A DNA stretch of 64,000 bases from an uncultured virus (IMG/VR IMGVR_UViG_3300027749_000064). Taxonomy: Duplodnaviria > Heunggongvirae > Uroviricota > Caudoviricetes. Position numbers and translations under genes: made by a program. This document shows positions 1 through 8,100 of this stretch, one piece after another. Each line of letters begins with the position of its first letter. Positions within the stretch are counted from its first letter, which is position 1. The stretch is from IMG/VR virus record IMGVR_UViG_3300027749_000064; one strand, 5' to 3'. Under the pieces are notes generated by a model that saw nothing but the letters and a program-made list of their open reading frames with translations, was not told where the DNA came from and did not search any database.

Positions 1-132
1 CCCCATATACAACATCATATAAGGAAACTGAGACATTAACCGAATTATAGCCAATATAGAACAGTGTAAACACAAATGGATCCTAGAGAATCAAAAGATC
101 ATATGTGAGTATTGCCAATCCCCCGCCAAATT

Positions 133-231
133 ATGATAGATGAAAATGACTGTAAGAAGCATCACTGGGTCATATTATTTCAAAGAAAATTATGCGATAT
201 ATGTGGCAAAGAGTGGATCAAAGTGGAGTAA
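133..231 (+). CDS. Possible Zn-ribbon micro-protein (MIDENDCKKHHW...CDICGKEWIKVE)
   Basis: Manual translation, 32 aa with C..H.W...CxxC pattern. A similar frame (EQCKHKW...CEYC, stop 134-136) lies just upstream and overlaps by ATGA but has no ATG. Confidence 0.35.
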   Translation: MIDENDCKKHHWVILFQRKLCDICGKEWIKVE

Positions 232-238
232 AGTGGAG
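203..238 (+). promoter_or_regulatory. GTGG repeats with 10-bp period, MraZ-box-like
   Basis: GTGG at 203, 213, 223, 233 (AAAGTGGAG twice); partly inside a micro-ORF. Confidence 0.4.
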
Positions 239-354
239 AATATATTCAATAGATGATGAATAATATCAGTTAATAATTATATATACATTGTTACTGGTTA
301 TAGAGCATATCATAATGCCCATCGTAATGTCAAATTTGCACACACATAAAATTA

Positions 355-370
355 TGTGATAAAAATCACA
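355..370. promoter_or_regulatory. CRP-type box
   Basis: TGTGA-TAAAAA-TCACA; second perfect box at 442-457. Confidence 0.7.
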
Positions 371-677
371 CTTTTTTGTGCATATTTTAGACAATTTTGA
401 TACAAATGTACACAATATGTTCACATTTTGAGATTATTCTGTGTGATTTTGATCACATTTTAAATATATTTATTTTTAGATACATTTATAAGATCATATA
501 CACAAACTTCCAGAGAATTTTATTATGCGTTCGTAATGTCTGGAAAAATATATAGCTCTTCGTAATGTTTATTATATGTATATGGATTAAGATTAAAAAA
601 GTTCCAGAGAAATTCCCGCCGAGTTCGTAATGTCTGATTAATTAATTAGCACGACACGACATTTTATATATTTAAAT

Positions 678-712
678 AAAGAAAAGCCCCGAGCAACATG
701 AAACTCGGGGCT
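678..712 (-). terminator. Intrinsic terminator
   Basis: AGCCCCGAG/CTCGGGGCT stem followed by a T-run on the minus strand, just after ORF 734-1030. Confidence 0.8.
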
Positions 713-733
713 AGGACTTAGTGTAGCGTCCCT

Positions 734-1030
734 TTATACTTGTAGGTACTCAACAGATCTCGGCACCTGTCTACCTACATTCCCCGTCAGACCCAACTCC
801 TCTAGGGAAAGATTTAAGTATTTACATATAGATTGTGTTTCTGCTAAGTGGAATGGAACTATTTTGGCTGTTGCCATTATGTTTATGTAGTTAACCATAT
901 ACTGAAGCAATGATTCATTTACATAAGCACTCTCGTGAAGCATTTTGTAAGCCAAAGCAGCAGGCGATAGGTCAGCGTGGCCTAGGCCCTCAACTATCTG
1001 CTTGTGTAACTTCTCGCTACGCACTGTCAT
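734..1030 (-). CDS. Hypothetical phage protein
   Basis: ORF track; translationally coupled to neighbour. Confidence 0.7.
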   Translation of the reverse strand: MTVRSEKLHKQIVEGLGHADLSPAALAYKMLHESAYVNESLLQYMVNYINIMATAKIVPFHLAETQSICKYLNLSLEELGLTGNVGRQVPRSVEYLQV

Positions 1031-1326
1031 TACTCTGTCTCCTCAACTGCTAAGATTAAATTTTCCTTAACTAGCCAGTCTACTACATCAGAGCCCTCTA
1101 TGTCAAACCCGCCCCAAGGTGTTGCCCAGAATGTATTCCAGATTGTTTTTAGATCTGTGTTAGGGGCCAAGATTGAATCCCATTCGTCTAGTTCCAGGAC
1201 CACATCACGTATGGTGTCCCATACAAACAGCCAACCCAGCGAGAAACCGACGGGGAGTGTCTGAAGATCATCTAGAATACTATTAAACTTATCATACAAC
1301 TCATCACCTAGATTTTCATTAACCAT
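1030..1326 (-). CDS. Hypothetical phage protein
   Basis: ORF track; start trimmed to MVNENL, which follows a GGAG SD. Confidence 0.7.
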   Translation of the reverse strand: MVNENLGDELYDKFNSILDDLQTLPVGFSLGWLFVWDTIRDVVLELDEWDSILAPNTDLKTIWNTFWATPWGGFDIEGSDVVDWLVKENLILAVEETE

Positions 1327-1549
1327 TTGCCTTCTCCAAATCTGATTGATAGAATATGATATCATAGCACATATTGTAGATATTTTCAATAGCGTCTAGA
1401 TAACCAATTGCCCATTGTTCATTTCCAAAATCCTTATGTTGCCATTCATACATAATGTTTTTCAGCTCCCCCTGCAGTACATCAATTAAAGGAACATTAT
1501 GTTCTATGGCCTTTTTCATTTGTGGAGATAAATCATTGTAATTAAGCAT
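1319..1549 (-). CDS. Hypothetical phage protein
   Basis: ORF track; overlapping start and stop with neighbours. Confidence 0.7.
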   Translation of the reverse strand: MLNYNDLSPQMKKAIEHNVPLIDVLQGELKNIMYEWQHKDFGNEQWAIGYLDAIENIYNMCYDIIFYQSDLEKANG

Positions 1550-2273
1550 TTGTCATCTCCCTATGATCTTCGCACTTGTCTATATCTGCACCATAGAAGC
1601 AATTGCGGCATACTTCATTTTCACAATCTTCACACCACATATCAGAAGGGTCTCCAATATATTTGTAATCACATTCATTGCATTGCCAGTTCCAAGATGT
1701 ATCTGATATTACTTCACCTCTAAGGATTTCCATTTCCCCGCCCCAGCCTGTCTCCTCTTCATATGAAAGCGTAAAGAGTAGTTCAGGATACTGAGAAGAT
1801 AGATTAGTTAATGCTTCATTAGGAACACCCCAAGCAGTATTAAAGTTATAATAAACTACTTTGTTATCGCCATTGTCAACAGGACCTTCCATACGTGTAT
1901 CAGGATATTGTTCTTCACTAGACACGGCAACGTCCCACTTAACACCCCAGTTGCGGAGATTCCAGTTGTACCAATCATTGCCGACCTCTTGTTCGGCGTG
2001 GACTTCTTTCCACATATCTTCGCCTTTGGCCTCAAGGTTAACTTTTGCCTTTGCGTGATTGTGATACGCCTCTAAGTCTGTTGGTTTAATTATATTCCAG
2101 AATGCGAAAAGCGGGGCGGGATAAAGAATATCTTTTGCAACACTTGTCTTAGTATTAATATCCCAAGCGTGGGGATGAAATACTTTAAATGGTTGATTCA
2201 TTTGATTTACTAATTTAGTTACAGATTCAGGATTACCTTCTATAGTTAATCCATTAAATACCCAGTTTGGCAT
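1542..2273 (-). CDS. DUF1281/YubB ferredoxin-like domain protein with C-terminal Cys-rich segment
   Basis: MPNW start; WYNW...NWGVKWD, FNTAWGVP, YPEL.F.L.YEE.G motifs. Confidence 0.75.
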   Translation of the reverse strand: MPNWVFNGLTIEGNPESVTKLVNQMNQPFKVFHPHAWDINTKTSVAKDILYPAPLFAFWNIIKPTDLEAYHNHAKAKVNLEAKGEDMWKEVHAEQEVGNDWYNWNLRNWGVKWDVAVSSEEQYPDTRMEGPVDNGDNKVVYYNFNTAWGVPNEALTNLSSQYPELLFTLSYEEETGWGGEMEILRGEVISDTSWNWQCNECDYKYIGDPSDMWCEDCENEVCRNCFYGADIDKCEDHREMTNA

Positions 2274-2455
2274 TATTTATTCTCCTCATCAAAGGCTCCA
2301 TAACTTGGAGTTATTCCGCTAAGCCACTCATAATAACTTAATTTTCCCCCTAATTCCCAGCATTGTAAACAGAAAGTGCCAAATTGTTGTGCTACAACAT
2401 AAGCAGGAATTGGAGAAATTGTTTTACAATTAGTACAAGTTATTCTTTCAGTCAT
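2273..2455 (-). CDS. Small CxxC...CxxC protein
   Basis: ORF track; AAAGGA SD and promoter upstream. Confidence 0.7.
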   Translation of the reverse strand: MTERITCTNCKTISPIPAYVVAQQFGTFCLQCWELGGKLSYYEWLSGITPSYGAFDEENK

Positions 2456-2482
2456 TATTGTCCTTTCGTTGGGTAGGGTCTT

Positions 2483-2504
2483 ATTGTAGCATAGGGTACT
2501 GACA
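2483..2504 (-). promoter_or_regulatory. PafBC/RecA-NDp-type promoter 1
   Basis: TGTCAG-TACCCTATGC-TACAAT. Confidence 0.8.
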
Positions 2505-2509
2505 TTTGG

Positions 2510-2743
2510 CTAGTCCCGCACCTTGTCAGTAGCCTCATCGTAAAGCAACCAGTCTATATCTATAGAATAGACAATCGTAATTGATTTGTCTAAAAGCTGG
2601 AGAACCACATGGTCCCCCTCTGTGTATCCAATTAGTTTAGCATCTTGAATTTGTTCACGACTAAAAGATCTATCTTCGTAAACGGCGGGAATGTGATTAA
2701 AGTAATAAGTATCACTATGAATACTATCCATTATATCAAGCAT
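2510..2743 (-). CDS. Hypothetical phage protein
   Basis: ORF track; start trimmed to MLDIMD. Confidence 0.6.
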   Translation of the reverse strand: MLDIMDSIHSDTYYFNHIPAVYEDRSFSREQIQDAKLIGYTEGDHVVLQLLDKSITIVYSIDIDWLLYDEATDKVRD

Positions 2744-2957
2744 TAGAATACTCCAATTCATTTTGTGATAAAGTAAATACAGTAAAATTAACACCATTGT
2801 TATAACAGAAGTTAACACAATTTATCAGAGATTCTGATTCATATAGTGGATATCCACCTGTATCGTAATCATTATCTAAATCAGGATATACTTCAAACAT
2901 ATTTATACCCCCTGGTGATACTGAATAATCTATTTCATATATTCTAAAGGTTTCCAT
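2736..2957 (-). CDS. Hypothetical phage protein
   Basis: ORF track; begins just after a sigmaA-like promoter (TAGACT-N18-TAAAAT), possibly leaderless. Confidence 0.65.
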   Translation of the reverse strand: METFRIYEIDYSVSPGGINMFEVYPDLDNDYDTGGYPLYESESLINCVNFCYNNGVNFTVFTLSQNELEYSNA

Positions 2958-3000
2958 AGGTAGATTTTAGCATATCGTAATCGTAAAAGTCTAATCGTAA

Positions 3001-3106
3001 TCTCATATTTTGAGATATATTTCAGTGATATATATCACATATCGTAAAGTGTGATTTTAATCACACCCCCGCGCCCAGCTGTCCCACTTTGTCAAGTGGG
3101 ACACGC
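3001..3106. promoter_or_regulatory. Regulatory cassette: TCTCA-N5-TGAGA palindrome, two CRP-type boxes (3024-3039, 3050-3065), 10-bp inverted repeat (3080-3103), GACACGC
   Basis: Read directly from sequence. Confidence 0.65.
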
Positions 3107-3112
3107 AAGGTT

Positions 3113-3316
3113 TTACATATAACTTACTATAAATTCCATAGTCATATGCAAATTACAATCACAATCATTTTTTGCAGAATCAAAGTGATCTTGATATTGC
3201 TCATAGATAAGTGTTACAAGTTCATCTATAGTGTATGGTTTATGTGTTGTGGTAATTGTGAACCTCTTCCATATATGAAATAAAACTTTCAAAACTGTGC
3301 CAATGTCCATTATCAT
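3113..3316 (-). CDS. Hypothetical protein (start uncertain)
   Basis: ORF track; overlaps upstream ORF. Confidence 0.4.
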   Translation of the reverse strand: MIMDIGTVLKVLFHIWKRFTITTTHKPYTIDELVTLIYEQYQDHFDSAKNDCDCNLHMTMEFIVSYM

Positions 3317-3605
3317 TTACCATTTGAGTAGTGAAATCTATTTCTACTACTTCGTCCATATAAGGTGTGTCAGCATTTGCTACATAGATACCGAAGCCTG
3401 TTTCGCTATCCCGCCCATCTTTTGTTAGTTGGTCAATTACAATGCGGAGAGCATACGGAACATCTCCCATATCAGTACGCTTTTTTGCGGCGGTAAGTGC
3501 TAACGCTAAATCCTCACGCCAAGTTGTTTCGCCCCAATGTGAATATAGCACAATGTTAGGCATATCTAACTCTGTTTTAAATACGAAATTAACTCTTGCT
3601 CCCAT
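3240..3605 (-). CDS. Hypothetical phage protein (LYSHWG motif)
   Basis: ORF track; start trimmed to MGARVNF after AGGAGG SD. Confidence 0.75.
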   Translation of the reverse strand: MGARVNFVFKTELDMPNIVLYSHWGETTWREDLALALTAAKKRTDMGDVPYALRIVIDQLTKDGRDSETGFGIYVANADTPYMDEVVEIDFTTQMVNDNGHWHSFESFISYMEEVHNYHNT

Positions 3606-3701
3606 TAAAGTATTCCTCCTATCGCTATAAATACTCCAAGTAATACTGCTAAGATTAAAACTACTGCCGTTGAGTTCATTATCATATCCTATCAAATAAG
3701 T

Positions 3702-3728
3702 GGCGGGAAGTCAATTACCCTTCCCGCC
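3702..3728 (-). terminator. Hairpin, probable terminator
   Basis: GGCGGGAAG/CTTCCCGCC just after the stop of 3737-4153. Confidence 0.55.
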
Positions 3729-3736
3729 CAAGTTAA

Positions 3737-4153
3737 TTAGAGATATTGAGCGATAGACTTCATAGTGGAAGCATTAACTGTTTCCTCATCTGTCATACGC
3801 AAGATGTTAAGAGCGTTTGTGATTTCCTCTTTGGAATTTTTGTATTCATAATTTGCCATTTGGTTAAACTCACGGGTTGGCTCAACAGGGAAGTTAGAGC
3901 CTTTTGTGCTGACATCAAAATCAACATTTAGAGTTTCACTCCAAGAACGATACCCTGTGCGAAGGTTAGTTGCGGTTGCGATATTAGCGAGAGCGAAGTC
4001 TTTTAGACTATCTTGCCAAGCCTTGTATGCTTCTTGGAACTTTGCTTCGTTGGCTTCTTGACCAGCGTAGTCTATCTCAATTTGGGCTAACTTAGCCTCT
4101 AGTGCCTTGATTACCTTTGGTGTTGCCACCTTTACTGTTATTGCTCTAGCCAT
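3737..4153 (-). CDS. Hypothetical phage protein
   Basis: ORF track; SD and dedicated promoter. Confidence 0.8.
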   Translation of the reverse strand: MARAITVKVATPKVIKALEAKLAQIEIDYAGQEANEAKFQEAYKAWQDSLKDFALANIATATNLRTGYRSWSETLNVDFDVSTKGSNFPVEPTREFNQMANYEYKNSKEEITNALNILRMTDEETVNASTMKSIAQYL

Positions 4154-4186
4154 TTGGTTTCCTTTGTTAGTTGGGTTGGTAGGATT

Positions 4187-4208
4187 ATTATATCAGGGGG
4201 GTCTGACA
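4187..4208 (-). promoter_or_regulatory. PafBC-type promoter 2
   Basis: TGTCAG-ACCCCCCTGA-TATAAT. Confidence 0.8.
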
Positions 4209-4216
4209 TAAACTTA

Positions 4217-4277
4217 AGTGCTAGTTCTTACTTACGACATTGGGCTAGAACTCTAGCAAACTGCCCCTGTTTCGTTG
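4217..4277 (-). ncRNA. Candidate small pseudoknotted RNA
   Basis: Own promoter, no ORF seen; GGGC/GCCC crossing UGCUAG(A)GUUCU/AGAACUAGCA. Confidence 0.4.
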
Positions 4278-4283
4278 TCCCCT

Positions 4284-4305
4284 ATTATATCATAGGGGTC
4301 TGACA
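4284..4305 (-). promoter_or_regulatory. PafBC-type promoter 3
   Basis: TGTCAG-ACCCCTATGA-TATAAT. Confidence 0.8.
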
Positions 4306-4533
4306 TTATGCTTCGTGCTTGGGCAAATCAACACGCACATTTTTCTGTATGTTAGAACTAATTAACTTACCTTGAAAAGCGACCATCATTTTTGCCAATT
4401 TCATTTCATCACCAGATGATAGTTCAATCTGGTTATCATTTAAGACTACATATTCAACGCCATATTGAATAGCCTTGCCCAATCCATAGCCCATTTGGGC
4501 TTTGGACGGGACTTCTAAAGTAATAACTGCCAT
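4306..4533 (-). CDS. Hypothetical phage protein
   Basis: ORF track. Confidence 0.7.
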   Translation of the reverse strand: MAVITLEVPSKAQMGYGLGKAIQYGVEYVVLNDNQIELSSGDEMKLAKMMVAFQGKLISSNIQKNVRVDLPKHEA

Positions 4534-4534
4534 A

Positions 4535-5158
4535 TTAGGATTCCTCTCTTACATCATAAATAGAATAATCATTTACATCTACATCAGCACCATAAGTGGA
4601 TACTGAAAGTTCATCATTTAACATAGTTTCTAAATCATAATTATCGGTTAAAGATACACGCATAATTCCACTTACTTCTATTGTGGCAGAAAACTCTATT
4701 TCTTTACTTAGTTCAAGATTAAATAAATCTGCGATAGTTGTTAAAGTATCTTGGTCATTACTGTCATCATAAGCGTCAATAATTATGTTATGAAGTGTAA
4801 CTAACTTGTTGTTGAAATCAGCAACATCACTCTTAAGTTGACGGGCTTCACGAAGTTTCCACTCTAAATCATTAACTTTATCAGTTTGATAAGTTGTTTC
4901 GTTATTCTCAATTATCTTGTAGGTAACGAGTAGGTTTGGGTTATATTCTGTTGAAATATCCATTTGTTCCTCTTTCTTTGTAGTTGGGTCTATTGTAACA
5001 TCTACCACCGACATCAGTATCATTTGTGTATCTGTCATACATTTTGGACACATATCACTTTGTGGAAGTCCATTAGATTTAATAGTCATTACAATATGGC
5101 TATCGCAATTTGGGCATACATAATCCCATTTAAACCAGGTTTCATTTTTATTTGTCAT
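4535..5158 (-). CDS. Hypothetical protein with N-terminal CxxC...CxxC ribbon; probable internal start at 4963
   Basis: ORF track; internal promoter and GAGGA SD before MDISTEY. Confidence 0.7.
   Translation of the reverse strand: MTNKNETWFKWDYVCPNCDSHIVMTIKSNGLPQSDMCPKCMTDTQMILMSVVDVTIDPTTKKEEQMDISTEYNPNLLVTYKIIENNETTYQTDKVNDLEWKLREARQLKSDVADFNNKLVTLHNIIIDAYDDSNDQDTLTTIADLFNLELSKEIEFSATIEVSGIMRVSLTDNYDLETMLNDELSVSTYGADVDVNDYSIYDVREES
4992..5013 (-). promoter_or_regulatory. PafBC-type promoter 4 (intragenic)
   Basis: TGTCGG-TGGTAGATGT-TACAAT. Confidence 0.75.
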
Positions 5159-5165
5159 AGCGAGT

Positions 5166-5194
5166 ATTTTAGCAGGTTACTCACGGGTAATCAA
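5166..5194 (-). promoter_or_regulatory. sigmaA-type promoter with palindrome in spacer and GACACGCC next to -35
   Basis: TTGATT-N17-TAAAAT with TGn. Confidence 0.7.
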
Positions 5195-5239
5195 ACGACA
5201 CGCCGTAAAACTCAGGGTGATTTTTATCACACTCGTAAC

Positions 5240-5266
5240 GACACGCCCGACCTCGGGGGGCGCGGC
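5240..5266. repeat. GC-rich dispersed repeat, copy 1 (one extra G)
   Basis: GACACGCCCGACCTCGGGGG(G)CGCGGC; CRP-type box at 5216-5231. Confidence 0.95.
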
Positions 5267-5267
5267 C

Positions 5268-5305
5268 CATGCATAATTATACATTGCAATGCATATTTAT
5301 ACATT
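5268..5305. promoter_or_regulatory. Tandem ARG (ArgR) boxes
   Basis: CATGCATAATTATACATT-GC-AATGCATATTTATACATT (18+2+18). Confidence 0.7.
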
Positions 5306-5314
5306 GAAGCTTTG

Positions 5315-5390
5315 CGATCCGTACGGGATTTGAACCCGTGGTCTCTACAGTGACAGTGTAGTGAATTAAACCAAACTATTCTAACGGACC
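5315..5390 (-). tRNA. tRNA-Asp (GTC), CCA not encoded
   Basis: Manual cloverleaf: acceptor GGTCCGT/ACGGATC, D arm GAAT/ATTC, anticodon arm CTACA-CTGTCAC-TGTAG, T arm ACGGG-TTCAAAT-CCCGT, discriminator G. Confidence 0.95.
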
Positions 5391-5396
5391 TTGCGG

Positions 5397-5421
5397 TGAG
5401 CAGTTTTTACACTTGCTCAGG
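5397..5421 (-). other. Conserved hairpin motif, copy 1
   Basis: CCTGAGCAAGTGTAAAAACTGCTCA; other copies at 10812-10836 and 11356-11380. Confidence 0.65.
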
Positions 5422-5432
5422 TGTTGCGAATT

Positions 5433-6461
5433 TTATTTCGCTAGTGCTAAGACTTGCTTAACAATTTTATTTTTTTCAGCAGTTACAACAGGGTCAAAAC
5501 CACTTGCGCCTGCCATTAGGCTATCGCCATCTTTTCGGGCTGTGCGATAATAATCTAGGCGTTCTGTGAGAGCATTTACAACACCCCACGCAGTACCCTT
5601 GATATTATTATTGGTAGGCGAATTGTGATAAAGTTCATCAAGCAATACAACCTTATTTTCCCATTTCTTGATTGAACCCTTTTTGTCCAATTCAGGCTTT
5701 GGGTACATCTTGTTAATGATTTCTGAAAACTTTTTATCAGTAACAGAAATTGCGAATAGTTCTTGCGCTTGCTTTTCAAATTCATCAGCATATGCGAAAG
5801 TTAATCCGAGAGCCTCTCGTGCTTGAGCAATTTTACCATCAACAGTTTGTGTATGACGGATTTTGAAACTCTGCTTTGCTTTTTTCATAGCAAAATTAAG
5901 AGTGTTTTGGCACATAACACGAACAGGGGTAATAGCAGATTGAACCGCTACTGAGCCATCGTGTGAAGTCCAAACAATTAGATAAAGTTTTGTTTCATCG
6001 TTCACACCTTTAGGGTCTAATACGATTGTGCGGGGAACGGACATTGTGCCAAACACAACATTGCCACCCTTGAGAGAGCCTGCGCTTTCCCAAAATACAT
6101 CTTGATTTCCATCGTGTAAGTTATCAGCAAACGAAAATAATTCCTCGTTTTGAACTTCTTTATAGCGTGAACCTACAACGGAGAGAACATCAGTTTGTCC
6201 CGCAGTATAAGGGTTATCACGAATTACAAGTTGATTATCCTTGAGAGAGTTCCAATTCTCAGGGAGATAATCAGCAACAGGAGCAAGGCGAACGTTCCAA
6301 TTAGATAGTTTAGCACCATCTAACATTTGAGCAGTTGTTACTGCTTCATCTTGATTGAATACCTTATTGGCAAAAGAGTGCCAAGCGGGTACTGTGCGGA
6401 GATTTACGGCAAGAGAAACTTCTCCGCCTTCAACCTCTGATTTATGAGCCAAGTTGGTCAT
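5433..6461 (-). CDS. DUF932 family phage/plasmid protein
   Basis: PAWH, VGSRYKEVQN, ESAGSLKGG, SHDGS, TPVRVMCQNTL, GTAWGVVNALTE motifs. Confidence 0.9.
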   Translation of the reverse strand: MTNLAHKSEVEGGEVSLAVNLRTVPAWHSFANKVFNQDEAVTTAQMLDGAKLSNWNVRLAPVADYLPENWNSLKDNQLVIRDNPYTAGQTDVLSVVGSRYKEVQNEELFSFADNLHDGNQDVFWESAGSLKGGNVVFGTMSVPRTIVLDPKGVNDETKLYLIVWTSHDGSVAVQSAITPVRVMCQNTLNFAMKKAKQSFKIRHTQTVDGKIAQAREALGLTFAYADEFEKQAQELFAISVTDKKFSEIINKMYPKPELDKKGSIKKWENKVVLLDELYHNSPTNNNIKGTAWGVVNALTERLDYYRTARKDGDSLMAGASGFDPVVTAEKNKIVKQVLALAK

Positions 6462-6490
6462 ATGATTTCCTTTCTTTGTTTGTTAAATTG

Positions 6491-6512
6491 AGTATAACAT
6501 ATGGCACCGACA
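6491..6512 (-). promoter_or_regulatory. PafBC-type promoter 5
   Basis: TGTCGG-TGCCATATGT-TATACT. Confidence 0.8.
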
Positions 6513-6604
6513 TTTGTCCACTTTAAATAATCATTTTAAGACACATTCAACCAATTTTGCGTGTGAGAAATATCACAGAGATTTTTTCGGCGTGTCGTAA
6601 ATGC

Positions 6605-6630
6605 GACACGCCCGACCTCGGGGGCGCGGC
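6605..6630. repeat. GC-rich dispersed repeat, copy 2
   Basis: Exact 26-mer; CRP-type box at 6562-6577; inverted GGCGTGTCG at 6589. Confidence 0.95.
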
Positions 6631-6777
6631 CCAAAAATTTAATTTTGTCAAGTCAACACGCAGCTATTTTTTAAATAAAAAAAATATTTTTAATATAACA
6701 ATAATGGCCACCGTGTAAAATAATTGTGAAAACACGTTGACCATTAATTGCATTTTATCCCCTCGTTTAAATATATT

Positions 6778-6933
6778 TTATAAGATCTTTTGTTTTTCTA
6801 CAATTTTTCTAGCCTTTGCAGATAACGGTTTACCTGGGCAGTTCATATGAAAATAAGTTATTAGCATATCTTCTTCATTTGTTGTTGTGGCCCCGCATTT
6901 ATGGCAGGACCACGATTCTTTTTTATTCTTCAT
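6778..6933 (-). CDS. Small Cys/His protein (MKNKKESWSCHKCG...), not in ORF track
   Basis: Manual translation, 51 aa, overlaps stop of upstream gene. Confidence 0.45.
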   Translation of the reverse strand: MKNKKESWSCHKCGATTTNEEDMLITYFHMNCPGKPLSAKARKIVEKQKIL

Positions 6934-7246
6934 CAGTGTACACGCATTCTGCACAGTCGCATTCCCATGAATGCGGTAGCCATGCGTCTAAGTGATGCGC
7001 TTCTGCAATTGCGGATGCGGGAGCACTTTCTTCTCCACGCCATGACACGCCTTCGGGAAGTTTAATCAAGCGAGAATAATCTTCTTCATGATATGCATCA
7101 ATTGCATCTAGGCAAGGTTGCACCATTGAAGAGGGGACGGGTGGGTAGTGATTACCCTTCAAGTGAATTTTTAATTGTGTGCGAATATCTATAGCCATAT
7201 CCGCTAGATCATTTGCAAAAACACTTCCCATATTAGTTATCTCCAT
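6923..7246 (-). CDS. Hypothetical phage protein (HLxGNHYPP motif)
   Basis: ORF track. Confidence 0.75.
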   Translation of the reverse strand: MEITNMGSVFANDLADMAIDIRTQLKIHLKGNHYPPVPSSMVQPCLDAIDAYHEEDYSRLIKLPEGVSWRGEESAPASAIAEAHHLDAWLPHSWECDCAECVYTDEE

Positions 7247-7517
7247 TTTCTATTGAATCAAACATATTTTGAATTTCTAGGGCTTCATCCGCCATTTTAT
7301 CAAAGTCCTCACCCATTAGCAAGTGCGACACTCTAGTAGCGACTACACTAGCAAGTAAAGTAGAATAAGCAAACATCATTTCAGAAATACGATCTAATTT
7401 TTCTGAATTACCTTCAGCATAGTCCCAAGCAATTTCACGAGCAGCATTCATCACTTCAATATCAATTACTGAATCAGCAGTCGCTTCTCTAATTTCAAAG
7501 AAAGTAGAAATACTCAT
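7233..7517 (-). CDS. Hypothetical phage protein
   Basis: ORF track. Confidence 0.7.
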   Translation of the reverse strand: MSISTFFEIREATADSVIDIEVMNAAREIAWDYAEGNSEKLDRISEMMFAYSTLLASVVATRVSHLLMGEDFDKMADEALEIQNMFDSIENGDN

Positions 7518-7723
7518 TATTCCACCACCTTTAATAATGCGTAAGAATTATTTTCGTTTAATTCATCTAAGATATCTGTTAGTTTAGGAACGATTAACGC
7601 CTTAAGCATATCCTCAAGCATAGCCACTTGTTGTTCATATGGGAGAGATAGTAGACGGCGGGCAGTAGGATTATTTTCATCCAATTCTGTTTCAAACTTT
7701 AGCGTGTGAGGGATTTTTACCAT
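7517..7723 (-). CDS. Hypothetical phage protein
   Basis: ORF track; SD. Confidence 0.7.
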   Translation of the reverse strand: MVKIPHTLKFETELDENNPTARRLLSLPYEQQVAMLEDMLKALIVPKLTDILDELNENNSYALLKVVE

Positions 7724-7757
7724 TTATTTATTGTCCTTTTCTTTGTTGGGAGTAGTT

Positions 7758-7779
7758 AGTATATCACGAGCCACCGACA
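7758..7779 (-). promoter_or_regulatory. PafBC-type promoter 6
   Basis: TGTCGG-TGGCTCGTGA-TATACT. Confidence 0.8.
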
Positions 7780-7843
7780 TTAGTTCGGTGGAGAAAGTGT
7801 TATCTATGAAATTATTCCATAGTGTATCAAGTTGATTATTCAT

Positions 7844-8047
7844 TTATTCCCCTTCGTCATATTCTAGGGACATAGGGAAGGCATCTAGCCCCATAAATCC
7901 CATATCTTCTTGATCATAGCACTCAGGGCAGACATAGTCATCGCCATATATTTCATATTCATCTACGGAGTAAAAAGTTTCTTTAGCCCCGCATATTTCA
8001 TAGTATAGACACGCTACTACAAAAATTTCATCTTGTTGATTTATCAT
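7844..8047 (-). CDS. Small acidic Cys-containing protein
   Basis: Start trimmed to MINQQD, downstream of promoter and AAAGG SD. Confidence 0.65.
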   Translation of the reverse strand: MINQQDEIFVVACLYYEICGAKETFYSVDEYEIYGDDYVCPECYDQEDMGFMGLDAFPMSLEYDEGE

Positions 8048-8078
8048 AAGTTTACCTTTCTTGTTGTTGATATTGGCA

Positions 8079-8100
8079 AGTATAACATAGGGCACCGACA
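8079..8100 (-). promoter_or_regulatory. PafBC-type promoter 7
   Basis: TGTCGG-TGCCCTATGT-TATACT; CRP-type box at 8129-8144. Confidence 0.8.

Noticed and set aside
5200..5314. Theta/HDV-like ribozyme 3' of tRNA-Asp
   Set aside because: The trailer is the AT-rich ARG-box repeat; I could not build a nested double pseudoknot
4964..5353. Plus-strand 129-aa ORF and other plus-strand ORFs in the early arm (1861, 3089, 3442, 3746, 8797, 12027)
   Set aside because: Antisense to coherent minus-strand genes, the tRNA and promoters
5315..5390. tRNA as prophage attachment site
   Set aside because: No integrase, no duplicated tRNA end, and phage-like genes on both sides
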